Below, one piece after another: positions 39,623 through 53,100 of a DNA stretch of 64,000 nucleotides. The notes under the pieces are model-generated. The model saw only the letters and a list, made by a program, of their open reading frames with translations. It was not told the origin of the DNA and ran no database searches. Positions within the stretch are counted from its first letter, which is position 1; each line of letters begins with the position of its first letter. A program made the translations under genes and the position numbers. Origin of the DNA: Chlorokybus atmophyticus (taxonomy: Eukaryota; Plantae; Mesostigma and Chlorokybus algae); the NCBI GenBank assembly GCA_009103225.1, contig RHPI01002368.1, positions 165,453 through 229,452 of the forward strand, given 5' to 3'.

Positions 39623-42600
39623 CTAAGGCGTCAATATCGGCAAGCTGAGTTCGATACTCGGCACATGCACTCTGCTCGCCACGGCCGATATCGCTGCACC
39701 TCCCATAGATTTCTGCAGCTGCGGCACCGACATCTCTCCCAGCAATCGGCTATGGCTTGTATACACATTGGCCCCATACCCCTCTTTGCCTCTCTTGTAT
39801 GTTGGGTTGTTGTGTGCGTGTCTCATTGATGATAATGCTGATGTTGGCTCGGGCGACATCATGACGGGAGACAACATAACAACATTGACGGCCTTCTTGT
39901 GTTGTTGGGTGATATCGCCGTCGCGGGTGTTATATTCAGCGTCTTCTTGCGATATCGCCAACACGGGGGATGATGATGTTGGGATGATGTTGTTACTCCT
40001 CTTGTTGGTTGTGTATCTGTTGTTGTTGGTTTTGAGCGCTGCATTGTCTCTGTGTTGCCTTTTCAACGCTGCAAACTTCACGTAGTTGCTCGCCGACCTC
40101 GGCGGGAACCTCATATGAGCCTCCTGTTGAGTGTGGGTATGTGAATTGTGTCACAACAACATGTGTCACACAATGACCCAACATGAGGTAACCTCACCTC
40201 GTTGACTTGTGTTGATGTTGTCGGCATCATGTTGTTCGCCCTGCTCGCATTCTCATACAAGCTGTTGAGAGGCATTCTCTCGCGTGCAAGTGTCAAGTGC
40301 CGAACCAACAGCGGCACATTCATCGCGCCTGTAAGACACATATGTTGGTCTCCCACTGGGTGTGAAATCCTTCAAGCGCGCACACGCATGCAGATGCACG
40401 TACACACGCACACAGGCGCGTGTGCGTGTTGACTCACATGCATACCTGCGCAAAGGCGTGCTTGCGCACATATGCGCGTACGCGTATGCGCACGCACACG
40501 CACATGCCCACGCCCACACCCACACCCACACATGCACACACACCTGCATGCAGCCCTTCGAGCCTACCAGGTGCACTCTTTTCCCCCTGCACCCCGACGA
40601 AGAAGTCCGCCAGCCTCGGTCCCGACATCGACGCCGGCATCGACGATATAGCCGAAGAAGGCGACATCACATAAACCGCCCTTCTCCTACCAGAATAAAA
40701 GAGAGACCCAATATATAACCCAACCTCACACAAGGATAACACATCTACACACACTCACTTGTGTGCTGCGCGCAGTTTGCGTGCCGTCCCGCGTTGGTAT
40801 GCAAGCATGGGTGATGCGTACATATCGGCTCCTGAGGAAGGATATCCGGCCCCGTCGAGGCGGATGCGCTGCTGCCAGGAGGCCGATATCGAGTCGGAGG
40901 GGAGGTCTAAGGCGACCACGGCGGGAGAAGCCATGAATGCCCTGCGGGAGATATGTGGCTTTGTGACTATGTGTTGGGTTGCATGACAATACAGAGATAC
41001 ACACGTGCTCGCGCACATGCACACACGTATACGCGCACGGATGCAAACGCACAAATGTGCGCACACGTGTGCATGTGCGCGTACACACACGCGCGGGCGC
41101 GCGCACACTCGCGCTTGCACTCAACTGTGCACGTGCACGTGCACACGCACACAACATGCTGTACCTCCACACCCACTCGCACAAGATTACATGTAGACTT
41201 GCAAGCAGGCACGCTTGTGCACAATTTGCACACATATGCGCACACCGATACAAGTGTGCACGCGCGCGCACACTTGCCTGCCGGTTGCTGTTGGGGTGCG
41301 AGCGGTCGATTCACCTTCTCCAGCGCTGCGCTGCGTGTCCACTCGCAGCTTGTGTTGTTGTGTTGTTGGGGACGACGCCCTCACCTGTGGGTGTACGCGC
41401 GTGTGCACGTGCTCGTGCGCGTGTGCGTGTGCATGTGCCCGCGCGGGTATGTGCACACGTGTGTTGACAACATCAACAACTGCTGCAAACAACACAACAA
41501 CATCATGTGATCCCTTACATCATTCTGTCGGCTCTGAGGGCGTGAGCGCGACGTTGATATCCCCGTCGGTGTTGAGGCTCTCGACGGCGTATCTCTTATG
41601 TTATCTCTAATATCTCTGATATCTTCTCCTCCTTCCCCAACATGTTCCCTCTCTCTCACCCTATTCACTTTACCTCCTTTTCCCCTGACGTGGATATCAT
41701 TGAAGTCCCAGTTGACATTGACGTCGACATCGCCTCCACTCGTACTTGCGTTGCCTCGCTTTCCTCCAGCATTCCAACCGATATCGCTGTCACGTGAACC
41801 CGATATCGGCTCCCCGTTCGGACCCAGCCCGCCGATGTAAGCAGCAGAGCTGTGCAGTAGGAAGAGACAGTGTGGGTGTTGTGTCGAGATGCAACAGCAT
41901 GTGTGTATATGGTATGTGTATACGCTACAAAGGCGCACGCACACATGCGCGCGTGCATGCACGCACACGCACACACACACTTACGTGCCACTTGTGCCCG
42001 CTATCTTCCAACTCTTATACGTGCCGTCACGCTCCATATCACCCTCATGACCACCTTCTTCGCTCCAGTCCCTGCTACAACCCACATTAGCCACACTCGC
42101 ACACACACACACGCGCACACGTACACCCGCGCACACACACACAAGCTCTCGCCTTGTAGTTGTGTCGGCAACGGCGTGTGCTCTGTTGTTGGCTTGGTGT
42201 GAAGGTGTTGTCGGCCTCTCGCGCGCGTGAGCTCTGCTTGCAGGCCGACTGTTTGCATTGCCGTTGTCGTGTGGCTGCGTTGGGTCTTGTTGATGTTGTT
42301 GTCGTTGGGTTGTTGGACTAGGGGCTCCACGTGTCTTGGAAGAAGCCCCACCTCGCTTCACACCACCACTCCCAACATGCTTGTTGCTCTTGCTGTTGTC
42401 CTCGTTGTCGCTGTCATTGTTGGTGCTGCTGCTACCATTGGCGTGGTTGTCGGTGGAGCTGCTGCTGTTTAGGTGGTTGTCCTTGTCCTTGTCCTTCTCC
42501 TTGTTGTTACTGTTCTTGTTGTCCTTGTTGTTGTTGTTGTGCTTGCTGTCCTTTCTCGCCCGTGCATTCTTCCCGTCGATATCACCCCCATCCCCACTCA

Positions 42601-44467
42601 CAGACCCTTCTCTATCAGCCCTTGAGCGACTTCTATTCACTTCTCTGCTCTTAGGCCTGGACCCCGACATTCCCGCCTTGGCCCCGATATCCACCATTTC
42701 CTCGATGTCAATGAGGTTATCATCCCCGTCAACGATACACTCCACGTCGCGGATATCTTTACGAAATTGAGTGATATCTTGCACGGGTGGCCACGGCGCC
42801 AAAGACACCCCCTGAAGGAGTCTATCAAGAAAGTGTGCATAGTCGTTCGCATCGATGCCATCCACCCACATATCCGCGAGCTCGTACATCCCGTCGAAGA
42901 AAGACATCTCGCTCATGACAGATATCGAAGACATATTCTCCCCTCCACCCCCCGTATCGGCGATCCAATCCTCCTCGGCAACGATATCATCCTCGACATA
43001 ACCCGGCACTAAAGCCTTGTGAATAAGCTTATTCATGAGGATATAGTCGTCATGATGAAGCGTATTGTTGTTGTTGTTGTTGTTGTTGTTGTCTCCTCTC
43101 CTCTTTGGTGCTACAATCCACCACCTCTTTATCGCCGACACAACGAGTGGATGTTTCCTCAACGCTCGTCTCTTTCTCAGATTATCCATGGTGTACATGT
43201 CCAAGTTGCCTTGTTGTGCGTACGACGTGGACGCGAGGGCGGCGTTGTCCTCCACCTCCGCCACGACGTGGGCGCGCGCGACGGCCTCGCGCGCGTTGGC
43301 GGCGTCGAGGGCGTACTGAGCCGCGCGGAGGGAAGCGACGTGTTGGAGTGTGGCGGCGGCGGAGACGGAGGAGCCGGCGCGGTGCCAACGCTCGCAGACG
43401 AGGGAGATGCCAGCCTTCTTGGTGGTGGTGGTGTTGTTTGTTGGTTCATCGCTCGGCTTGAGAGAGGTGAGGCGCTGGGGTGGGGGTGGGGGTGGGTTAG
43501 TTAGTGTGCGTGTGCATGTGTTGTGGTGTGTATGATGTAACAACAGCGAGGACGGTGCAAAGATACTGACGGATGCGCGTAGATGTGGATGCATGTGCGC
43601 GTAAACACACGCACGCAATCACGCACGCATGGCGAGCGCAACTGCACACGCACACAGTGCATATGCGCACATGCTCGCACACACACATACGCATAGGCGG
43701 GGATGCGCACATGCACACGCCTGCATGTATATGCGTGCTTGCTAACACGCAGACAGGGGCACGCACATACACGCAGACGCACATGTGTACGCACACACGC
43801 ACAACTCTGGACAACATGTCTGTGTTTGCGCGCAGGCACGCACAGGTGCGTGCACACACGCAGAAGAGACACACATGTGCTGGATGTGTGCGCGCGCGCG
43901 CACACACACGTCATTGTTGTGATGCTGCACACAGTGAATATCTGCAAACGTGTTGAACGCCTGCAAACACGTCTGCAAATATCACAAATCTTCGATTACA
44001 GCAACAAAGCAAGCATTGTTTACCAGAAACTGCAACAAGTCCAGTTCACCACCTCCACCCCAGTAAGAACAAAGATTGTATGACTGGCAATCTGCTGCAA
44101 AACTTCCCATGCAGCACTTGAAAAATTCACATAACGTATGCATTGTAACATCCCTACCTGTACGTGCACTGAATTTAGCAGGCTGGTACAAGTTATTGGC
44201 GGTGTAACACCGCCGGTGTTAGACTGCGCGTGCGTGTGTGTAACTATTACCATCATTATACAATATCATCAGTGTGTTTATCCAATTCACCTTGAATGCG
44301 GACGGTCGTAGATTCCCCAGCCCTTTCCCCACTCTTCCCACTCTCTTCCGCACCCTATGCCCTCTATAACACCTCTGGATCAGCAGCGCCGCCGCCACCA
44401 CCGCCGACGTCGCCACGTCCGTCAGGAGAGGCGTGCGGCGTCCTGCCTCGTCGCCACTGCCCTCCAT
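39623..44467 (-). CDS. Uncharacterised multi-exon protein with an N-terminal IQ motif, an EF-hand-like globular domain and a long low-complexity tail
   Basis: ATG 44467, then AALLIQRCYRGHRVRK (IQxxxRGxxxR, 44346-44389). The large exon has MYTMDNLRKRRALRKHPLVVSAIKRWW...EEDWIADT...FFDGMYELADMWVDGIDANDYAHFLDRL. Further exon-like blocks run to the TAG at 39623-39625. Internal exon boundaries are only partly resolved. Confidence 0.65.
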
Positions 44468-44903
44468 CTCCGCCGCCGCCGCCGCCGCCGCCACCGCCGC
44501 CAAGGCGTTACACAGCGATGCTGGACTAGCCTCTACAGACCGCCACGTGGCAGCGCGAATGCGACTTGCAATCAAGTCACGTGATCCTTTTAGGTCAGTC
44601 AAGCGCCAGGTCCTGCGACCATAAGTTTTGGAAAGAGCCTTTCTCAGGGATCAGACCTTCCTGGAATGGGACTGGATGGGACGCAAGGGTTGATTGTAAA
44701 CGTGGCTGGTCCTGAGCGGTAGATACTACGGCCAATATCTTTGCTGATATAGCAACTGATATAGCAATATGGTACACACTATGCTAATAAACAATAATTT
44801 GCTGTCGCGCACTGTCCAATTCACACTACGTGATAGCCTTTGCATAGCCTTTGCATGAGCATGCTCATGTACGACCCCGGCGAAAAGCTAGCGTGCATCG
44901 ACA
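44468..44903. promoter_or_regulatory. Putative bidirectional promoter (IQ protein / SPP)
   Basis: 436 bp between divergent ATGs at 44467(-) and 44904(+). Confidence 0.45.
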
Positions 44904-47900
44904 ATGGCGTCGTCGGTGGGCACGGCGGCGGCGACGGCGGCGCTGGCTGTGTCGGCGGTGCCGGCGGGGCCGTCCTCATCGTCGTTGTCATCTTCGAGTA
45001 GAAGGCACAGGCCGGCCTCGTCGCCGGCTCGGCTTTCGCGGACGCCTGCGGCGAGGCAGCGTCTACTGTACTATAGCAGGTGAGGCATGGCCTGGTCTGG
45101 CTGCCTTGACTTGGCCTGGCTTGGCTTGGCTTGGCTTGGACTGTTCTGGCCTGGTTTGGACTTTAGTCGGGTCTCTCTCGAGCCCCATTCACGGTGGTTG
45201 GGCGACTGGCGATTGTCTCTCATACGTGTGGTCTTAGCAAATAGCAGGCCTGCCAAGGATCACGCAAACCCTATTCTTGCATTGGGAGGCGGAATTGCAG
45301 TTCAACCTGTTTGCATGGTTGTTTTCACACGCTAAATACGTAGATGTTGTGGTACATATGAACAACATTCTGTTTGCTGATCTGGTTGTATTCATGAGCT
45401 GCTATTATCACGCATGCTGCTTGTTGTGCTCGGATCATTGGCTTGGTTTGTGCGCTGGTGTTTAACGTCTTTTCAGGACACTACTACTATCACAATGAGC
45501 CTGGGTCATGTTGGTTAGATTAATTGTGGCAGCTAGTTAGGTGTTATAGCCTTTCACGAAAATGGCAAGTTGGGTTACACTTGTGAATTGCGCAAAGATT
45601 GTGTTCGTGTGTGGTGTCTCTCGCTCTATCGGCCGTCACTTCCACAGCAAAAGCCGCTAACCTCTTTGTTTGTTCTCAACAACTGCCACAGATCAACAAG
45701 GTCTCTTTCATCCACGCACACGTCATCTCCCTCACCTTCAAGACGCGTGTCTCAACGGCGGACATGGAGCACAAGTGATGATAATTGTATTGATGATCAT
45801 GTTGGGTTGCGGCGCTGCGCGGGGACGTTGTGGAGCCTCAGAACAAGGCGGGGGCGGGGGTTCGTGGCGGGAGCACAACATGTTGGGTGAGTGGTTGGTT
45901 GATGTGCGTGCAGCTGTTGTTTATATTGTGATGTGAGTTTCTGTTTAAGTTGCCTTGTTGCTTGGGCATACAAACTAAGGACACGTTTTTGCCATGAACA
46001 CAATGTAAACATTTGTGTCCTTGCCTTGTTTTGCCTTGCCGTTGTTTGACAAAATACTGTAGCACATCTTGTAGAGTGCCATGAACAGGTTAACTTCGTT
46101 TGACATAAATGTGTAGCACATCTTGTATACTGTAACAATCTAACGGGGTCAACCACTAGTTAGCAGTGGTGAAGTGTTGCTGACAGTCTTCATGGACAAA
46201 AATTGTTGGAGAGTTTGACCATGCTCAACATTCCAATTTAAACGTGTGCAGTTCGCCGCCGCGTTGCAATTGCCATATCTCCTCTTCTTCCTCCTCCTCA
46301 CCGCAACCGTCACAACAACAGCCCGCATCCCCACAACAGCACCCTTCTCGCGCCTCGCACGTGCGACCTCCCGACGCCGTCGCCGCGCACACGACCCTTG
46401 CCGACACGACATCTCACCCTCTTTACTCCCCCTCAGACGACGATATCGACACCCTCCCCCCCATCGATATCAACGCCCTATACCAAACACCTCTGCCGTC
46501 GCACCCGAAACTAATCCGCGGCACGCTCGATAACGGGCTTAAGTACGTGGTGTTGCCCAATCCGGTTCCACCGAGCCGGTTTGAAGCTCATCTTGAAATC
46601 GGTGTTGGGTCCGTTGATGAAGAAGATGATCAACAAGGACTCGCGCATCTGATTGAACACGTGACGTTTTTGGGGTCGAGAAAGAGGGAGAGATTGCTCG
46701 GGACGGGCGGGAGATCCAACGCGTACACTGATTTTCACCACACGGTGTTCCATGCACACATGGCTCTCACTGTAAGTAGATGTTGCTTTCAGTTGCAGAG
46801 CTTTGGTAGTGCTGCGTCTGTGCGCTCTTGTATTTATGTTGTTGTCTGTTGCCGTGGGATGGTCTTTTGTGTGGGTATTTGTGTGGGTGCAAGGATGTTA
46901 CCTGAGTGGTTTGGTCTTTTGTGCCGTGGGTTGGTCTTTTGTGTGGGTATTTGTGTGGGTGCAAATGCGTGTACACGCGGGTGTGCGCACGTGTTCATAA
47001 GCATGTGCAAGCGGGAGCGCGCGAGTACGCGTGTGCATTGTGCGTGTGCTTGCCACTGAGCTTTTCAACTGTTGTGACACTGATGTTATCGATCTTGTTG
47101 TGCACAGGATGAGAGCACAGGTGCAGAGTTGTTGCCCGCCACGCTGGACGCCCTGGCTGAGATTGCCTTCGAGCCGCAGTTTCTGCCTTCTCGCATTGAG
47201 AAAGAGCGCCGCGCAGTCCTGTCTGAACTTCAAGTAAGTGTTGGTTCCGTAAAGGAAGTAAATGTGTAGAACGATCACACATACACTTGTTGGTGTGATG
47301 TGTGTGTCAACTATCTGTGTGTTGGGTGTGTCTAGTTGTATGAATAGGTAGTCGAGTGATGTCGTACACTTCTGTGCACCTTTTATGAATGGAGAACTTT
47401 ATTGTAGATTTGGGCAAGTACAGATTCAGATCGTATATAGTGCGCACGCATGTATGTGCGTACGTGCGCGTGCGCGCATCATACATGTTGAGTTGGCGCG
47501 TACGTGTATGCGTATTTGTCCTGTTGCTTCTTTTGTCAAATGTGCTCGGCAAATGCTGCGTGCGTGTGTTGATGCGTTTGCTTTTTACACAGATGATGAA
47601 CACGATGGAGTACCGGGTCGACTGCCAGCTTCTTCACCACCTGCACTCGGAGAACAAGCTCAGCTGCCGCTGCCCCATCGGACTCGAGGAGCAGATCAAG
47701 CAGTGGGGAGCCGCAGAGCTCAAAGAGTTCCACCGCAATTGGTAACATTTGTTGTTGTTGTTGTTGTTTGTGTTGTGGTGTGTAGTTGTGTCGCATTCCT
47801 GGTATGTCATGGATAGGTTGTGGTTGGGTTGTGCGTTGTGTGTGATATGCACACAAGGGTAAGCTTGTATGTTAGATAAGGGTGTGCCTGTTATTAACTA

Positions 47901-50124
47901 CATGCATTGCGGGTGTGTAAACTGTACAAGCAGTTGAGGGCGCACGCGTACGCGGATACAACCGTGTGCACAAGTGTACTTGAGCGCCTTGATTTGCATG
48001 TGCAACGCACCCACCCACACTGTCAGTCTAGTATAGACATTCAAGCTTTGATGTCAATGATGTTTGTTTACGTGCGCCTCTGTGTGTGCTTGTACAAAAG
48101 CCTACATGTAGAAGAGTTCCAGCAGATGCATTTGCACACATTTATGTGCTACATACGTTTATGGTGACGTGTTGTTATGTGTGTTAACAGGTACTTCCCC
48201 GCAAACGCGACACTCTTCTTGGTGGGCGATTTCCCTTCCGTCCCGCATGTGATATCACTCATCCACTCGTCTTTCGGTCGGATATCCGCCGACCCGGGCT
48301 CTGTCGCCGCCGCCGCCGAGGCGCTTGAAGCCGATATTGTCGTGGGTCTGATGGAGATATCTTCTCCCAACACGAGCACCGACACAACTATCAACCGTCC
48401 CCCGCCCCAACCCACGCCGACACGTCCCCCCGTCATGCACACCTACTCAACACAACATCTCCCACCCGTCTCACCCAACATGTTCAAGCACCCCCTCCTA
48501 CAACAATTCACCCTCTCGCTCATGGCAAAAGACCCCGTTGTTAAAGTGGACAACTTGGGCGAGTTGAGGCGTGTACTCATGTCGCGTATAGTGGTGGCAG
48601 CCTTTCAGTTCAGAATCAATACGAGGTACGAATTGGCCAACCCGCCGTGCATGTGTGTGTGGGGATGTGGCGCACGTGTGCGTGCGTGTTGCCTGTTTAT
48701 TGTTGTGTTGGTCTATATGATTGTATGTGGTTATGTCATATCAAGCCCACATTCACACAGGTATAAAATGGCCAATCCGCCGTTCAGTTCGATCGATCTG
48801 GATCGGTCGGATTCGGCGAGAGAAGGATGCGCGGTTACGGCGTTGACGATTGTGGCGGAACCTAATGAGTGGAAAGGAGCCGTGCAAGTGGCCGTGCATG
48901 AGGTGAGTGTAGTCAGTTGTTGACGTGTTGTGTGTTTGTTTGGTCTTGGCTCCCCCTTTTTATCTTGTTTTTTTGGCTTGACGAATTGGGTAATTGTTGG
49001 TCTTCGCTCTTGTTGTGTATGTGTACGCGCATGTGTGTGTGTGTGCGGATGTTTCACTCATGCATGAGCGCGCACGTGCGTGCGTGCATGCGTGTATGTA
49101 TATATGGGATCCTTGTCGTGTCATAATATGTGGTTGTACGCATCGCCCGGTTATTACCAACCCTTCTCTATCTCTATCGTGTGTCCTACTCCCCCCTCCC
49201 CTCAGGCCCGTCGCCTCTTCGTCCACGGCGTGACCGCCTCCGAGCAGGCACGCTACCTCTCGGCCCTTCTGAAAGACTCCGACCAGCTCGCGGCCATGGT
49301 CGGGCAGATCCCGAGTCTCGACAACCTCGACTTCGTCATGGAGAGCGACGCGCTGGGGCACACCGTCATGGACCAAGTACAGGGACATCAGGTGAGAGAG
49401 AGGGAATGTTGGTAGGGATGGGGGTGGGGGTGTTGTTGTTGTCGTCGGTGGCGGTGGTGATGGTGGTGGAATGTTGGGTGAGGGAGGTGAGGTGGAGTGC
49501 GTGTGCAAACTGCTTGCGTGTATGTGCCTTGACTAGGTACAGAAAATTAGCGACTTTTGAGTGTGTATGTGCAAGCCTTACATGCAGCGCACACCTGCAT
49601 GCAGTGTATGCTGCAAGCGTACAGTGGCACATATGTATATCGTCGTGTGCCTTTTAATTTTGCGCGTGGTCATATGCACGCATTCTTAAGGGCATGCGCG
49701 CACGCGCAAGTGCATGTGCATGTGATGTGCATGCACGTGTGCTCAATGCGTAATATGCCGTGACTGCAGATATATCTACAGTTACACAAGAGGCATGCGC
49801 ACGCACACACACTTCCTCGCAAGTTACGCACGCACTCACTCTTACGCACACACGTCTACACGTGCAGGCCCTGCTTGAGGTCGCGGACACGCTGACGCTG
49901 GACGAGGTGAACGCCGTGGCACGCGAGCTGCTTGCCTTCGTGGCGGACTTCAACGAGCCGCACGCGCCAAAAGCCTCCGCCGTCGTCGCCTGTGTGCCGC
50001 AACACCAACAACAACACGCCAACGCGACGGAGACGCCCGCGACGTTTGATGTATCCGCCCAGGACATACTTGATGCAATTGAGGTGTGTTGGTGTTGGTG
50101 TTGGTGTTGTCGTTGTCGTGGTTG

Positions 50125-50156
<32 letters not shown>

Positions 50157-53100
50157 GGAATATGTGCAAAGATGCTGCCTGTAAGTTCCACAGTCTGTAG
50201 TGTGTGTGTGTGAGCGTGTATCTGGGTATGCGTAGGTGGGTATGCACTTGTGTACGCGTGTATGCGAGCCTTCATTGTATATATGCGAGTGTGCGTGAGC
50301 CCGCGCGCGCGCACTTTTGCATGTGGACACATGCAAGAGTGTGCCCAGCCACACATGCAGAATGCGCGTGCATGTGCAATCTGCATGCATGCGTGTACAC
50401 AAGTGTAAAAACCAACCTTTCTCCCCACACCAACAGGAAGCCAAGGCGATTGAGACTTTGGCCGAGCCTGATCTCGTCGTCCCCCGCGCGTTGATATCGG
50501 ACGAGCAGCTCTCCACACTCATTCACAACAGCACCTTTTCGTTTGCTGATATGGGCGACGGGACCGATATCGCACACGACGAAGCCACGGGCATCGTCCA
50601 GCGACGCCTGCATAATGGGATCAAGGTTAACTATAAACAGACGTCGAATGAAGCGAGGGGAGGAGCCATGAGGCTCGTCGCTGCAGGTGGGTGTGGGGTG
50701 GGGTGGGGTGGGGTGGTGGTTGCGTGACATCTACATTGCACGAACACACACTGTACACGTACATGCGTGCGCGTGTGTTTGTATCACGCGTGTTTTTTGT
50801 GTGCGTATGCGTGTATGCGTGCGCTCTGTGTTCGTGCAAGTTCAATGCCAGTCAAATGTGTAGCTTGAGAGTGAGCTACACATTTCCTTTTCGTTTGTCG
50901 ATGTCAGTGCCTATAACTGTGTGTGTGCAACTATGTTACCTAAGGTGTGGTCGTTGGTTCTGGTGCATATTATGGGATTTGTATGCGGTTAGATGTTAGT
51001 CTTATTACTGTAGCAAGCCTATACTATGAGTTTCAAGCAGCGCAGCTTATTTTTATCGAGGTACATGTTTCCTGAGTTACGTCTTTTGCAACAGGTGGCA
51101 GGGCGTTGGAACCCAAAGATGCCATTGGCTGTGTTGCCGTTGGCACCCGTACCCTCAGCGAAGGGGTAAACCGCCGTAAACCCACATTTCATTCTCAACA
51201 CACACATTTTATGCTGATCGAGTCATACACATCACGACATATTGCGGTATACAGGGCGCAGTGGGGAGGTTTTCAAGGGAGGAGGTTGAGCTTTTCTGCG
51301 TGTCCAACCTAGTTAACTGTGTGGTGGAGGCGGACGAGGAGTTCTTGTGCATGGATTTCCACTTCTCCTCTCAACCATCCGCCCTTTCTGCTGCCTTCCA
51401 AGTAAGCACGTACACATGTGTTTGTGCTTGCATGTGCGTAGTGTGGTATTGACAACATGTGCTAAGTTTGCACGTTTTTCCATTGCAGGTGCTTCATCTT
51501 GTGTTGGAGCAGCCTGTCTGGTCTGCGGATGCGCTCGAAAGGGCCAAACAGCTGTACGCGTCGCATTGGAGAGGCATCCCAAAGTCGCTGGAGCGTGCAA
51601 CTGCCAACAGGTGTGCTGAGAAGAGTGTGTTAGACACACAATGACATTATGTACTTCACACAAGAGCGCATTCGCGGGGACTCGTGCACGCGTGCGGGCG
51701 CTGCACATATATACGCAGGTCTTGGTTGCACACATGCACACACATGCACATGTGTGTGTGTGTGCGCCCGTGCACTCACCCACATGCATGCGCACACACA
51801 TACATGCACGCACATCCACAAACATCTACACATACATACTTACACATGCGCGCGTGCAGGTTAATGCGGGCGATGTTTGGGGGTGACGGGAGGCTGCTTG
51901 ACCCGAGTCCCTCGGAGGTGGCGGCACTCACGCTGGAGGGCGTGCAGCGCGCTGTGATGGAACAACTTGTCACAGGTAAGAGAAGGGGGAACAACAACAA
52001 CAACAACATCAGATCACATGGAGCTACTATGTTTTTTCTGTTTCTATGGCATACTACGCGGTCGTCGTTGCATAGCACTGACTCACACATTGCTGTGCGG
52101 AACAGTAGTTAGTGTTCATGTACTCGTATCCTGCACTGCAGTCACGTTTCTGGTATCTGTGTATGCATCTAGACTGTGTGGTTCGACTCACGCCATGTTT
52201 GTTGGTCTCATGCAGACAATGTAGAGATTGATATAGTTGGCGATTTTGATCCCGCCGAGCTGGAGCGCTGCATACTGACTTATCTCGGCACCGTGAAACC
52301 GCGCCTTGGTAACAGCAGCCACTTACAGAAGCAGGAGAAGCTCTCGGTGAGTTGAACTGTTTTATGTGCATGTTGTGTCAAGTACCCATTGCTGTATACA
52401 CACAGCGTTACTCTGTGCACGATGTGTTGTATATCACAACTTGTCATGTAATTTGTTATGTACGACACAACTTCCTTTGTGTTGCATATGATGTTGTCTT
52501 TGAACTTCAACTGTTGTGTGTATGTGCGTGTCTATCAGATATCAAGCAGTGTGCCCGCAAGTTCGAGGAGGCAGCGGTTATATCTGCGGGATTCAGACGA
52601 GAGGGCATGTGCTTATCTGGCGGGCAGGGCTCCCAACAGGTGGGGTTATCTTGATATCGGCGAAAGGTCTGATACTGGACCCTCTCGCGACGATATCAGC
52701 GAGAACCCTGAAGCCACCGTGGGCGCGATAGAAGAGGGCAGGACCGATGTCGGCACCGCTACTACCAGCAGCAGCAGCAGCACATATGTTGGCACGTGTG
52801 CCGATGTCAAAGACAATATTGTTGATCTGAATGTGGCACTGTCGTATGCACCCGCCGAAGCCACACCAGAACAGCTCGCAGCATTGGGTTCCGGCATTGA
52901 GGTAGCAGCATTGCAAAAGTCGTGACATGGTGTTCATAACAAGCGCGTGTGTGCGTGTCTGTGCGTGCGTGCGTGTGCACGCGCATAGAACTCACACACA
53001 TGCGTATGTGTGAGTTCAAAAGTGTCCAAACATTGCCTCGCACAGCCCAGTTAGTCTCGAGTAACCCACACACGATGTATCTTCATCCTCGGTGTTGTTT

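Noticed and set aside
46851-46964. 42-bp direct repeat (1 mismatch) in an SPP intron
   Set aside because: A local slippage duplication in GT-rich low-complexity sequence, with no evidence of function.
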